Source: a virus (Duplodnaviria; Caudoviricetes). Taken from it: DNA of 64,000 nt. Positions 26,143-35,613 of the stretch are shown here, piece after piece. Numbering within the stretch: position 1 is the stretch's first letter; every line of letters begins with the position of its first letter. Both the position numbers and the translations under genes were made by a program. The stretch is from IMG/VR virus record IMGVR_UViG_3300008116_000002; one strand, 5' to 3'. The notes below the pieces were generated by a model that saw only the letters and a program-made list of their open reading frames with translations, was not told the DNA's origin and made no database searches.

Positions 26143-27732
26143 TTGGCAGCTCAAACATTTGTAATTCAAGTTAGAACGGGTGGGGTCACTGGACCTGTTA
26201 TTGCCACAAGTCCTACTATTACATTAAATGATACTAGTACCGTATCTTCTCCTTATACGTTAACTACCAGTGCAAGCGAAATAAATGAAGGCTCTGAAGT
26301 AACTATTAGTGTTTATACTGTTGGTCTACCAAACGGAACTCTGTTACCATATACAATTTCTGGATCAGGAATAGACTTAGATGATTTCGTTGGATTAACA
26401 TCCTTATCTGGTTCTTTTAGAATAACAAATAATTTTGGAAGCGTAAGGTTAGTTCTAAAAAATGATCTAAAAACTGAATTAGATGAAACGCTAACATTAA
26501 CATTGACCAGTACAGGAAATAATGAGAGCATTAATGTAATTATACGAGATACGTCTAAGACTACTAGCTTAGCAAACTTTTTTGTCAGTTCCCCGGTATC
26601 AGTAGTAGAAGAAGGTCAGGTTGCGAGATTTGATATTAGAGCAACTAATTTAGAACCAGGTACAGTTGTTCCTTATAGAATTTTAGGTATATCCCAAGAG
26701 GATTTAACTGGAGATTCCCAAACTGTAGGATATGTAACTTTTGTATCGGGTGCAGTTGAGGGAGAAACTTATGCAAATGTAAGTTTGTCAATATATGAGG
26801 ATTTTATAACTGAGGGACCTGAAAGTATAGTTTTACTTTTAGAACCAAGTTTTCCTTATACGTTACAATTATCTTCAACCATTTCAATAAAGGACACTAC
26901 TCTTAATCCCGGACCTACGTATAGTATAACTGCAAATAAAAATAGAGTATTCGAAAATGATACTATAGTATTTACGTTAGTCGCAACAAATGTACCAGCG
27001 GGTGGTATTGTTCCTTGGCAAATTGCAGAATTCGAACCAGACACTCCCGAAATAACTGTAAGCGATTTTTCGGGCATAACTAGCCTTACCGGAAACTTCC
27101 CTCCTCTGGTAGAAATTTCTACAGGGGTTTTTAGCTCAAATATAACTTTATCTATACGAGATGATTTAGTTTTTGAACAGTCTGAATATTTTTATGTGTT
27201 TATACCAGGCACAAGAATAGGTTCTCAGGTTGTAGAAATTATAGATTCAGGTAATACATTAATAACATCCGACGCTACTTTTTCCGGAAATATATTGGTT
27301 AATTTTTTAGACCCCGCGGTGTTACGGGCAAATTTAGGTAGTTTAGCTTCGGGGGTTAGTTATTGGCAAGACACCACAGGACTAATCTCAGAGAATATGG
27401 TTATACAAGGAAAAACGCCATATGCAACTGAAGACTCCTTGGCATTGTATCAACCATTTTCTTACGTAATACGCTCAAAAGTTTCTATAGAAGAGTGGAG
27501 AGACTCAATAAAGGCTCTATTGCACCCCGCAGGAATGGTTATTTTTGGGGAAATAAATAATGAAACAACTACGGAAAACTTGTTAAGTTTAGAGGTTAAA
27601 GCAGTTTCTGATTCCACAATACGAACACAGGATTCCTTAACTATAGATGATACGGAAGTAAATGCAAGTACAACATCTATAGGTGGCTCAAATGTAACTG
27701 TAGATTCTCTGACATTTTCCTTTAATCTTTAA
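26143..27732 (+). CDS. gp7-like protein, C-terminal part, with Ig/Calx-beta-like repeats
   Basis: TTG start with GGGAG RBS; ends with the YQPFSYVIRS...W...LLHPAGMVIFGEI motif typical of gp7 C-termini. Confidence 0.7.
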   Translation: MAAQTFVIQVRTGGVTGPVIATSPTITLNDTSTVSSPYTLTTSASEINEGSEVTISVYTVGLPNGTLLPYTISGSGIDLDDFVGLTSLSGSFRITNNFGSVRLVLKNDLKTELDETLTLTLTSTGNNESINVIIRDTSKTTSLANFFVSSPVSVVEEGQVARFDIRATNLEPGTVVPYRILGISQEDLTGDSQTVGYVTFVSGAVEGETYANVSLSIYEDFITEGPESIVLLLEPSFPYTLQLSSTISIKDTTLNPGPTYSITANKNRVFENDTIVFTLVATNVPAGGIVPWQIAEFEPDTPEITVSDFSGITSLTGNFPPLVEISTGVFSSNITLSIRDDLVFEQSEYFYVFIPGTRIGSQVVEIIDSGNTLITSDATFSGNILVNFLDPAVLRANLGSLASGVSYWQDTTGLISENMVIQGKTPYATEDSLALYQPFSYVIRSKVSIEEWRDSIKALLHPAGMVIFGEINNETTTENLLSLEVKAVSDSTIRTQDSLTIDDTEVNASTTSIGGSNVTVDSLTFSFNL

Positions 27733-27738
27733 TAAATA
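27731..27738 (+). promoter_or_regulatory. Late promoter variant AATAAATA upstream of gp8
   Basis: One mismatch to consensus, 4 nt before the ATG. Confidence 0.5.
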
Positions 27739-27742
27739 ATAG

Positions 27743-29047
27743 ATGCCGAATTTAGTCACAAAACAATTTAAAATAAGTAATTCAAAGAATTTCATAGAAC
27801 AATTTTCAAGTTCTAGTGGAAATTCTTTGTATATGTTTTTAGCCAAACCTAGCGCTTGGGCGCCCGAGTCTGACACCCCGCCCGACCCTACAGATACTCA
27901 AAGAGATTATGCTAAGATTTGGGATGAGATTATAGCATTCAAAAAAATATCACCAGCGAATATTGTGAATGTAATTCGGAGGGTAAATTGGGTAGAGAAC
28001 ACGATTTACTCCGAATACGATAACGAAGATTTTAATCTTTTAAGTAAAGATTTCTTTGTCCTTAATAGAGAACTTGACGTATATAAATGTATCAGTAACA
28101 ATAATGGATCCCCTTCTAGAGTGGAACCTACGGGTAAAAGTTTAAATATTTTTATTACATCAGATGGTTACAAATGGAAATATTTGTATAGTATTTCTAA
28201 TTCCGATAGATTAAAGTTTCTAACAGATAATTGGATGCCTGTTAGAAAAAATGACGATGTTGCCTCAGTTGCAATAGATGGTGGCATAGAAAATATTAAG
28301 TTATATTCTGGAGGGATTGATTATTCCGCAAGAGCAAGAGTAATTGTAGAGGGTGATGGCATATCTGCTAATGTCGGAACTAGACAAAGCTTAGGCGTAA
28401 TATATGATTTCGTATATCTTAACAGTGGTAGTAAATATAGATTCGCAAATGCGTATGTTTTAGATAGTGGAAATTCTCAGGGAAGAGGAGCAAACATACG
28501 AGCAATTATAAGCCCTATAGGTGGACATGGTTCAGATCCAATTTCAGAATTGGGAGCCCATTACATAATGATTAATGCAGTAACAGAATATAATGAAGGC
28601 ATTGGAGATTTTCCTGCAGGATTTACTTACAGAAAATTGGGACTAATAAAGAACCCAAAAAGTACTTCCGGTCAGGTGGCGAACGTATTAACATTAAGTG
28701 GTTTATCTGGAATATCTCTATCTAATGTAAATGGTATATTTTTAAATAACGAATTTATAGAGGGTATAACATCCTCCGCAAATGCCTTTGCAGTTACATC
28801 TAATGTAGTTTCGGGTAATGGTTTTGTTAGATATGTACAAGTAATAGATTTAACTAAAAACTTTGGTTCTTTTACTATCGGTGAAAATATTATAGGAAAA
28901 ACTTCTGGGGCGACTGCTAGAGTAGCAAATGTTTTAAGTGCGGAAGTTATTTCAGATACGGGTGAGATTTTTTATATAGAAAATAGAATACCAATAACTA
29001 AATCTCCAGATCAGACAGATAGTTTACATCTTGTACTAGAATTTTAA
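27743..29047 (+). CDS. gp8: Baseplate wedge subunit gp8
   Basis: DFFVLNRELDVYKCISNNNG, SDGYKWKYLYSI, PIGGHGSDPISELGA, YIENR-x-PI. Confidence 0.92.
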   Translation: MPNLVTKQFKISNSKNFIEQFSSSSGNSLYMFLAKPSAWAPESDTPPDPTDTQRDYAKIWDEIIAFKKISPANIVNVIRRVNWVENTIYSEYDNEDFNLLSKDFFVLNRELDVYKCISNNNGSPSRVEPTGKSLNIFITSDGYKWKYLYSISNSDRLKFLTDNWMPVRKNDDVASVAIDGGIENIKLYSGGIDYSARARVIVEGDGISANVGTRQSLGVIYDFVYLNSGSKYRFANAYVLDSGNSQGRGANIRAIISPIGGHGSDPISELGAHYIMINAVTEYNEGIGDFPAGFTYRKLGLIKNPKSTSGQVANVLTLSGLSGISLSNVNGIFLNNEFIEGITSSANAFAVTSNVVSGNGFVRYVQVIDLTKNFGSFTIGENIIGKTSGATARVANVLSAEVISDTGEIFYIENRIPITKSPDQTDSLHLVLEF

Positions 29048-29058
29048 GGAAAAATAAA

Positions 29059-32000
29059 ATGGCAGTAGATACTAGCGTTTCTCCATATTTCGATGATTTT
29101 AACGATTCCAAAAATTATGTTAGGGTTCTCTATAAACCCGGCGTCGCGGTACAAGCTAGAGAATTAACTCAAACACAGACTATACTTCAAAATCAGATTA
29201 AGTCTGTAGGTAATTTTTTATTTAAAGATGGTGCCAAGGTAACGGGCCCTAAACCTTCAGTTAATCTTGATGCTAGAACAGTTAAATTAAAACCTAATGA
29301 TTCTAGCGGGCAGGCTTTAAATTTAAATAACTTACTTAATACCTTTGTTACTGCGACTAATTCTGATGTATTGGGTTATGTAGATTTTGTTTTTACTGCG
29401 GATGATCCTAACATAGGCGACCCTCCCAGTGTAGTTATATCTTTAAAAAGATTTAATTCTACCAACGATGGAATGTTTGATCAAAATACAGAATTAAGTT
29501 TTTACCTAGATTATACTGATGCTTTACTTAAAAACGCACCGAACTATACTGCAGTTACGGCTGAAGATATAACTAAAAACGCATCAACAACTTTAAGTGC
29601 ATTTTCTTCAACTGCACTGTTAGATAATCCAAGTACAATTATTCAAGTTGGAGATCTTTTAGTTCATCCTGGATTAACTAAAAAGGTGTATGTTACTGCA
29701 CTTACAAGCACAACTCAAATTGAATTAAGTGAGGCTCCGGGAGTTACTTTTGGTAGCGAAAACGTTTCGTATGTCAATAAAGCAACTAATCCTACTTCCA
29801 TCTTTATTCAAGATGATGCGACTTTTTATAAATCGGGATTTTTCGTAAAATCAAATACTCAAAGTATTGTTCCAGATAAAAATACATCATATCCCACAAA
29901 GTTGATCGCATTTCTAAGTGATCAACAAATTATAACTAGTAATGATGACGCTAGCCTTTTAGATCCTGCACTTGAAAACTCAAATTATTTAGCACCAGGC
30001 GCGGATAGATTAAAAGTAGATTTAAATTTGGCCAGCTTAGATGTCATCGACGGACAAGCTACAGAAGATTCTCAAAATTTAATTCCTCTTTTGTTTTTTA
30101 ACAGAGGAAAAATAGAGTACATAACTGAAATTTCTAATGACGCAGAATTAGACAGAAAACTTGCGGAAAGAACATACGACGAATCGGGTAGTTACGTAGT
30201 AACGCCTTTTCAAATTATGCCCGAAAATACACTGGAGGAAGATAGTAACTTAGAGTTTACCATATCACCAGGCAAAGCGTATGTTGGTGGATATATGGTT
30301 AGAACCATCGATGCCACACGAATTACCGTACCTAAACCAACAGCAACTGAAACTAAAACTAATCACAACATTAATACCACGTATGGAAGTTATTTTAGAG
30401 TAAAAACGGTAACAAACTCTCTAACCAATCCTGCTGATCTTGAAGCAGCCTCAATGTTTTTAGAGTTACATAACGTAGAAAACCCTACAAGTACATCTTC
30501 TTTAGTTGGAATTATTTCATTTAAAAATTTAGAGTATGATACCTTTGTAAGCGGTGACTCTCCAGAGTATAAATTATTTTTCCATAGCTATTCTCCATCT
30601 AAAGATGTTCCTGCAACTTGGGATGCTTGGTCTGCGAAGTATAACATTCCTGCAGACGAAGGCAAATATATTGCAGATCAGTTATATACCAATAATGACT
30701 TATTAGGTAATTTTGGACCAGCATCGACTCCCTTTTATGGATTATTTAGAGAACCTGATACCGCGGGGGTGGCATTTTGGCACGGGGAATGGATTAAAAG
30801 CGGCAAAGATATTGCGAAAGTTAAAGCAGCATTTGCCTTAGCGATTCCTGCAGCAGATACAGCAGATTATGCAAGGGTAAGAACTAATTCTAAATCTTTT
30901 TTAGAAACATTAAATGGTAGTGTTTTTTATGATGGGTTACTTAATGTTAGAAAGATTAAAAGTATTATAGGGGTTGCCAACAATTTAACTAGCCAAGGCA
31001 CAAGTGCTACCTATAGCTCACCTTTCTTTAAAGCACTAATTTCAACCAGCGGAGTGGCGCAGAATGGTGACACTATTATCTTCGATAAGGATAAGCCTTC
31101 AGATAGTTTAGTTTATCCTATCAATAAAACATACATAAAACGTGTAGATAAAATTAGAACTATCTACAATAAGGTTGTTAAAAATGCGGTCTTTGCCGGA
31201 GGAACATTCTCTACAACATTATCTTTGCCCGAAACTTTCGCATTGGGGGATGGCACGATACCTCCTAGTACAGCAAGAGCAAATTTTACTGTTCTTGTTA
31301 AATCTGGAGCAACAGCTTCCATAAAACTGGGAGCTTTCAATTTTGAGACAGGAACGGTAACCATATCAGGAGATGCAGCAACATTAACTATTGATACCGG
31401 TGATGCTACATTTACTGGTTTAGCAGATGTTAGTTTAACTGTAGAAAATGATGAGACAGTTCCAAGGGTAAAAACTTTAGTAGAAAATCAGGCAAAGTTA
31501 ATAGATGTTGAACTAGCAGATCTTAAATATTCATTATTAAAATCAGACATTTTTTCTTTTGGTGGCGCACATAAGATATCTGATCCTACTCTTTATACTG
31601 GAGCGTGGAGTTCCTCTACAAACTATGATTATGATAAAATAGTACATTATTTAGGATCAGTATATAAAGCTAAACTTCCAACGTATAATGTTTCCCCTGC
31701 ATACTCAAATGCTTGGGCAATAGTAGAAAAAGAAGAAGCTTCCAGATACACATTCGATAATGGTCAGCGTGATAGTTTTTATGATCATGGCACAGTAACC
31801 TACGTAGGATCCGCAACCCCACCCGGTAATGTTCTAATAACATTCTCATACTTTACTCATACAGGGGATGGTCCTATTGTGGTTCAATCATACCCTGAAG
31901 ATATGTATACTAGAATTCCTGTATATCGTTCAGTTATTGATGCCAAAGATTATACTTTAAGAGATTGTATAGATTTTAGACCGAGAAGAGCAGATGATTC

Positions 32001-33666
32001 TAATTATCAAGATTTCTCTGCTGCGGTTATTCCTAACTCTTCGATATTGACAGAAATAGATGTTACTTATTATATTGGTAGAAAAGATAAAATTTATGTA
32101 ACAAACAATTTACAAAACTTTGATTCTCCCTATAACAAATTTTACTTAGAAATAGGTAAGGAAACTGCAAATCCTACTGATCCTGCGGACACTTCGGATC
32201 TATCTAAATTAAGTATTGCAACTTTAGAAATTCCTCCTTACGTTACAAATTCGTTTGACGTAAAAGTTACATACGAAGATAATAAACGTTTTACTATGCG
32301 AGACATCGCACAGCTTGAAAACTTAACTATTAGTTTAGATAAAGCTGTAAAACTTCAAGCTATAGAAATTGCTATTTTAAAATCCACAACAACAAATGAT
32401 GACGGTGAGGCATTATTAAAAACAGGTATTTTAGTTGAAGATTTTAAAGACTTTAATTCCGCAGATTTAGCTAGTGGTTATTTTTCTGTAGCAATTGACA
32501 CAGATGAGGGAGAATGTTTCCCAAATTTTGGTGCATGGAATTTGGATTTAGGATTGCTTGAAGACACAGATATTTTTATGTTCAATGATATTATAACTAA
32601 GAAATATACTGAGGAGTTATATGTATCTAATTTGGAAGCTAATAATGAAATTTTTGTAAATCCAGGCGGCGTCAATGACGGTAAAGGTAGAGCAGAAATT
32701 TCTAAGAAAAATAGTTTTAGAGTAAACATATTATTGGCAGGTGGCCTATTAATAGGTGGATATATTGCATATAAAACTGCAGCGGCTCTTACAGCAAAAG
32801 CAACATTTGGCGCAGCAGTTACTGGATATACAGATTATGCTTTAATTGCTGCATACCAAGGAGAATCTACGTTAAGTATTGCATGGGGAGCGGCTAAGGA
32901 GTTAGGATACGCAGTTCTTGATGCATTTAAATCTATAGATGGAATAATGTCTGTGGTTTCTTGGCCATATAAAGCAGCCAAATTAGGAGTGGAGTGGGTA
33001 TACAATGCTTTCACCGGAGGTGCTTCTAGTGTGGTACCGGGCACATATGCCGCTGGCACAGAATTAGGAGCGTCATTGTTTGGTGATGCTGCCTGGGCAT
33101 CCGCAAAAACAGGGTTTGAATTAGTTGGTAATGCTTTGAGTAATATTTTTAATCAGCCTATAGGGGTTACCGCAACTGAAGTATATAATGGTTTAGGGTT
33201 TATATCTTCAGGTGCAGTATCAGCTACATGGGGAGCATTGTCAATTGGCGCAGATTTTGTTGCAGCAAAAACAGCAGGCGTGCCTATCATAGGTGCAGCA
33301 ACAAAAGCTATTGCAGCAGGTGTAGCTAAGGCAACTTCATATTTGTTAGGCGCTCCCGTGTTAGTACAAGTTGCAGCAGTTGCCGCAATAGTTTATGTTG
33401 GAGCAAAAGTAGTTTCTTGGGTTTGGAAAGGATTGAAGAAATTATTTTCGGATGTAAACATGAAAGAGAAAATTATATTTAAGAAAAAAATGCCGAATGG
33501 TTTAAATCTATACGAATTTGAATATAAGAAAGAGTTTAAATCCATTGCGGGGTATGGTAGATACGAAGGATACATTGCACAAGAAGTGGAAAAGAGATAT
33601 CCAAAAGCAGTACAAATTGAAAGTAATGGTTATAAATCTGTAAATTATTCTTTAATAGGAACATAG
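29059..33666 (+). CDS. VrlC/DUF4815-like large virion protein, N-terminal part, ending in a hydrophobic segment and S74 chaperone
   Basis: SPYFDDF...LYKPGVAVQARELTQ-x-Q, APGADRLK, LAERTYDESG-x-YV, DCIDFRP, RFTMRDI, KTGILVEDF; C-terminal SDVNMK...IAQEVEKRYPKAV...GYKSVNYS. Confidence 0.8.
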   Translation: MAVDTSVSPYFDDFNDSKNYVRVLYKPGVAVQARELTQTQTILQNQIKSVGNFLFKDGAKVTGPKPSVNLDARTVKLKPNDSSGQALNLNNLLNTFVTATNSDVLGYVDFVFTADDPNIGDPPSVVISLKRFNSTNDGMFDQNTELSFYLDYTDALLKNAPNYTAVTAEDITKNASTTLSAFSSTALLDNPSTIIQVGDLLVHPGLTKKVYVTALTSTTQIELSEAPGVTFGSENVSYVNKATNPTSIFIQDDATFYKSGFFVKSNTQSIVPDKNTSYPTKLIAFLSDQQIITSNDDASLLDPALENSNYLAPGADRLKVDLNLASLDVIDGQATEDSQNLIPLLFFNRGKIEYITEISNDAELDRKLAERTYDESGSYVVTPFQIMPENTLEEDSNLEFTISPGKAYVGGYMVRTIDATRITVPKPTATETKTNHNINTTYGSYFRVKTVTNSLTNPADLEAASMFLELHNVENPTSTSSLVGIISFKNLEYDTFVSGDSPEYKLFFHSYSPSKDVPATWDAWSAKYNIPADEGKYIADQLYTNNDLLGNFGPASTPFYGLFREPDTAGVAFWHGEWIKSGKDIAKVKAAFALAIPAADTADYARVRTNSKSFLETLNGSVFYDGLLNVRKIKSIIGVANNLTSQGTSATYSSPFFKALISTSGVAQNGDTIIFDKDKPSDSLVYPINKTYIKRVDKIRTIYNKVVKNAVFAGGTFSTTLSLPETFALGDGTIPPSTARANFTVLVKSGATASIKLGAFNFETGTVTISGDAATLTIDTGDATFTGLADVSLTVENDETVPRVKTLVENQAKLIDVELADLKYSLLKSDIFSFGGAHKISDPTLYTGAWSSSTNYDYDKIVHYLGSVYKAKLPTYNVSPAYSNAWAIVEKEEASRYTFDNGQRDSFYDHGTVTYVGSATPPGNVLITFSYFTHTGDGPIVVQSYPEDMYTRIPVYRSVIDAKDYTLRDCIDFRPRRADDSNYQDFSAAVIPNSSILTEIDVTYYIGRKDKIYVTNNLQNFDSPYNKFYLEIGKETANPTDPADTSDLSKLSIATLEIPPYVTNSFDVKVTYEDNKRFTMRDIAQLENLTISLDKAVKLQAIEIAILKSTTTNDDGEALLKTGILVEDFKDFNSADLASGYFSVAIDTDEGECFPNFGAWNLDLGLLEDTDIFMFNDIITKKYTEELYVSNLEANNEIFVNPGGVNDGKGRAEISKKNSFRVNILLAGGLLIGGYIAYKTAAALTAKATFGAAVTGYTDYALIAAYQGESTLSIAWGAAKELGYAVLDAFKSIDGIMSVVSWPYKAAKLGVEWVYNAFTGGASSVVPGTYAAGTELGASLFGDAAWASAKTGFELVGNALSNIFNQPIGVTATEVYNGLGFISSGAVSATWGALSIGADFVAAKTAGVPIIGAATKAIAAGVAKATSYLLGAPVLVQVAAVAAIVYVGAKVVSWVWKGLKKLFSDVNMKEKIIFKKKMPNGLNLYEFEYKKEFKSIAGYGRYEGYIAQEVEKRYPKAVQIESNGYKSVNYSLIGT
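30616..30936 (+). repeat. DUF4214-like domain copy 2 (partner 24629..24949)
   Basis: LY...REPDTAGVAFW; see copy 1. Confidence 0.85.
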
Positions 33667-33667
33667 C

Positions 33668-35401
33668 ATGGCGACAGAATCTAGTTCTGCAGTAACATCT
33701 TCCAGGGACACGGACATACCAGTTTTTGCTGGTTCGGAAATACTGTCCTTCGTTGTTTCAGAAATGCCCCCAGGCATAAAAATTTATACTTATGTAAATG
33801 GTATTAATCTTACTCCCTTTACTGGACCTGTTACTACGGGGGCAACAATAGGACAAGAGATTGTGACTGATCAATTAGGTAGTGCGCAAGGATATCTTTA
33901 TATACCTAGCACAGAAGGTCAGTATAAATTTCTTGCAGGTGAGATTAGATTGACGTTTGGCGATAGTCCAGACGGAATTCAAAATTGTAAATATACTTCT
34001 GAAACTACCTTAATGAATCATGGTTTGAGTCTTGTTGATACAGAACAAGGTGGGACAATTTCTTTAAGAAGAACTGAGAAATTTAGAACTTCAGTTTCGG
34101 GAAGTTCTGGAGAAGAGGATACTTCTTTAAACAGATTAAATCCGTTGTCCCAAAGTTTTACTGTTGATGAGGTAAGATATCCGTTAGGCGTTGTTGTTAC
34201 GGGCGTAGGATTATTTGTCAGTCAAAAAGATGATAAATTACCGCTTGGGGTAGAATTGCGTCCTATGGATAAAGGTGCGCCATCTACAACAGAGTATTTT
34301 TCCGGAACATCTGTATTTTTACCTCCCTCCAGTATACCAGAACCTCCTGAACCTGGAAAAAATATTACTCCTACAGATTTTACATTTAGACATCCAATCT
34401 ATCTAAAACCAGGGGAATATGCGTTTTCAGTTTTAACGAAGTCTAATAAGTACAAGTTATATAGTGCAACAACTGCAGATGGAAAGAAAGTAAAAAATCC
34501 TTTCGCTGGAAAATTATTTAAGGCGCAAAATACTGGAGGATGGGTTGGCGATGTCAATGAGGATTTAACTTTTTATCTAAGAAAAGCTAAATTTGATACA
34601 GGCACTATAACTTTTGAAATGATTACGCCTGACCTTGCAGAAATTGATTATAACAGGTTGCGTTTATTAAGTACAGAAGTTGGTTTAGGTGATACTGCAT
34701 ATGCAAGTTATAAATTACAAACTACTGAAGATAGTGCCACAAGAGATAAGACAGAGTTTCAACCAATTGTTCCGGGGGATACTGTAGATTTAACAGGCAG
34801 ACAAAGTGTAAAAAATGTAGGCGATATTAAACTTCAAATATCACTAACTACAAAAAGCGAAGATGTTTCCCCAATTTTAGATAGACAATTATTAAAAGCA
34901 CAAATATTTAGAAATAATATTACGGCTTATTCTAGTGACGTATCTGCCTCTGAATTAAAAGCTGGGCATGGATCTGCAAGATCAAGATATATTAGCAAAG
35001 TAGTGTCTTTAGCAGAAGGATTCGATTCTACGGGGTTAGAAGTTAGATTAGATGTTAATAGAAAAATTGGTACGGATATAGAAGTTTTTGGTAGAGTTTT
35101 ATCCAGAAAAGACAAAGCATTTGATACAGGTATTTTATCTAGACCATGGGTTCTTATGCCGTTAGTTTCTCCATCGTCAAAATCCTTTGCGGGAACTGAC
35201 GACGATTCTTTTACGCAAGAAATTTATAGACTTCTTGAACCCTCTTTAGAATATACTGTAAATAAAACTATAGCTACTGGAGTAATTGAGCCTGAGGATC
35301 ACGATGATTTTGCCCACTATCAAATAAAGATAATTTTTTATGCAAGTAATCCAGTATATTTACCAAAGATAAGAAAACTGGTAGCAACTTCTTTACTATA
35401 A
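33668..35401 (+). CDS. VrlC/DUF4815-like protein, C-terminal part
   Basis: NPLSQSF...GVVVTGVGLF...DDKLPL...P-x-YLKPGEYAF, EDLTFYLRKAKF, PKIRKL. Confidence 0.7.
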   Translation: MATESSSAVTSSRDTDIPVFAGSEILSFVVSEMPPGIKIYTYVNGINLTPFTGPVTTGATIGQEIVTDQLGSAQGYLYIPSTEGQYKFLAGEIRLTFGDSPDGIQNCKYTSETTLMNHGLSLVDTEQGGTISLRRTEKFRTSVSGSSGEEDTSLNRLNPLSQSFTVDEVRYPLGVVVTGVGLFVSQKDDKLPLGVELRPMDKGAPSTTEYFSGTSVFLPPSSIPEPPEPGKNITPTDFTFRHPIYLKPGEYAFSVLTKSNKYKLYSATTADGKKVKNPFAGKLFKAQNTGGWVGDVNEDLTFYLRKAKFDTGTITFEMITPDLAEIDYNRLRLLSTEVGLGDTAYASYKLQTTEDSATRDKTEFQPIVPGDTVDLTGRQSVKNVGDIKLQISLTTKSEDVSPILDRQLLKAQIFRNNITAYSSDVSASELKAGHGSARSRYISKVVSLAEGFDSTGLEVRLDVNRKIGTDIEVFGRVLSRKDKAFDTGILSRPWVLMPLVSPSSKSFAGTDDDSFTQEIYRLLEPSLEYTVNKTIATGVIEPEDHDDFAHYQIKIIFYASNPVYLPKIRKLVATSLL

Positions 35402-35402
35402 T

Positions 35403-35609
35403 ATGTCAGATAGATTTTTACAAATTGAAGATAATCCTGATTATATAAAGGATACTGAAAACAATGCCATTTTAAATACGAATATACATGCAGTTCATGA
35501 GTATAAACAAAAGAAAAAACAAACGGCAACTATTCGAAGAATGGAACAAGAAATAAATACATTGAAAGAAGAGTTATCTAAAATTAAAAATCATTTAAAT
35601 TTAAGTTAA
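35403..35609 (+). CDS. Small conserved T4-like protein after VrlC
   Basis: IEDNPDYIKDTENNAILNTN plus C-terminal coiled coil. Confidence 0.65.
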   Translation: MSDRFLQIEDNPDYIKDTENNAILNTNIHAVHEYKQKKKQTATIRRMEQEINTLKEELSKIKNHLNLS

Positions 35610-35613
35610 AATC

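Noticed and set aside
26108-26145. T4 gene-60-like translational bypass or A-AAA-AAG frameshift joining the protease to the next gene
   Set aside because: The A-AAA-AAG heptamer lies at and after the stop codon; take-off GGT and landing GGA do not match; a good RBS and TTG explain the second ORF.
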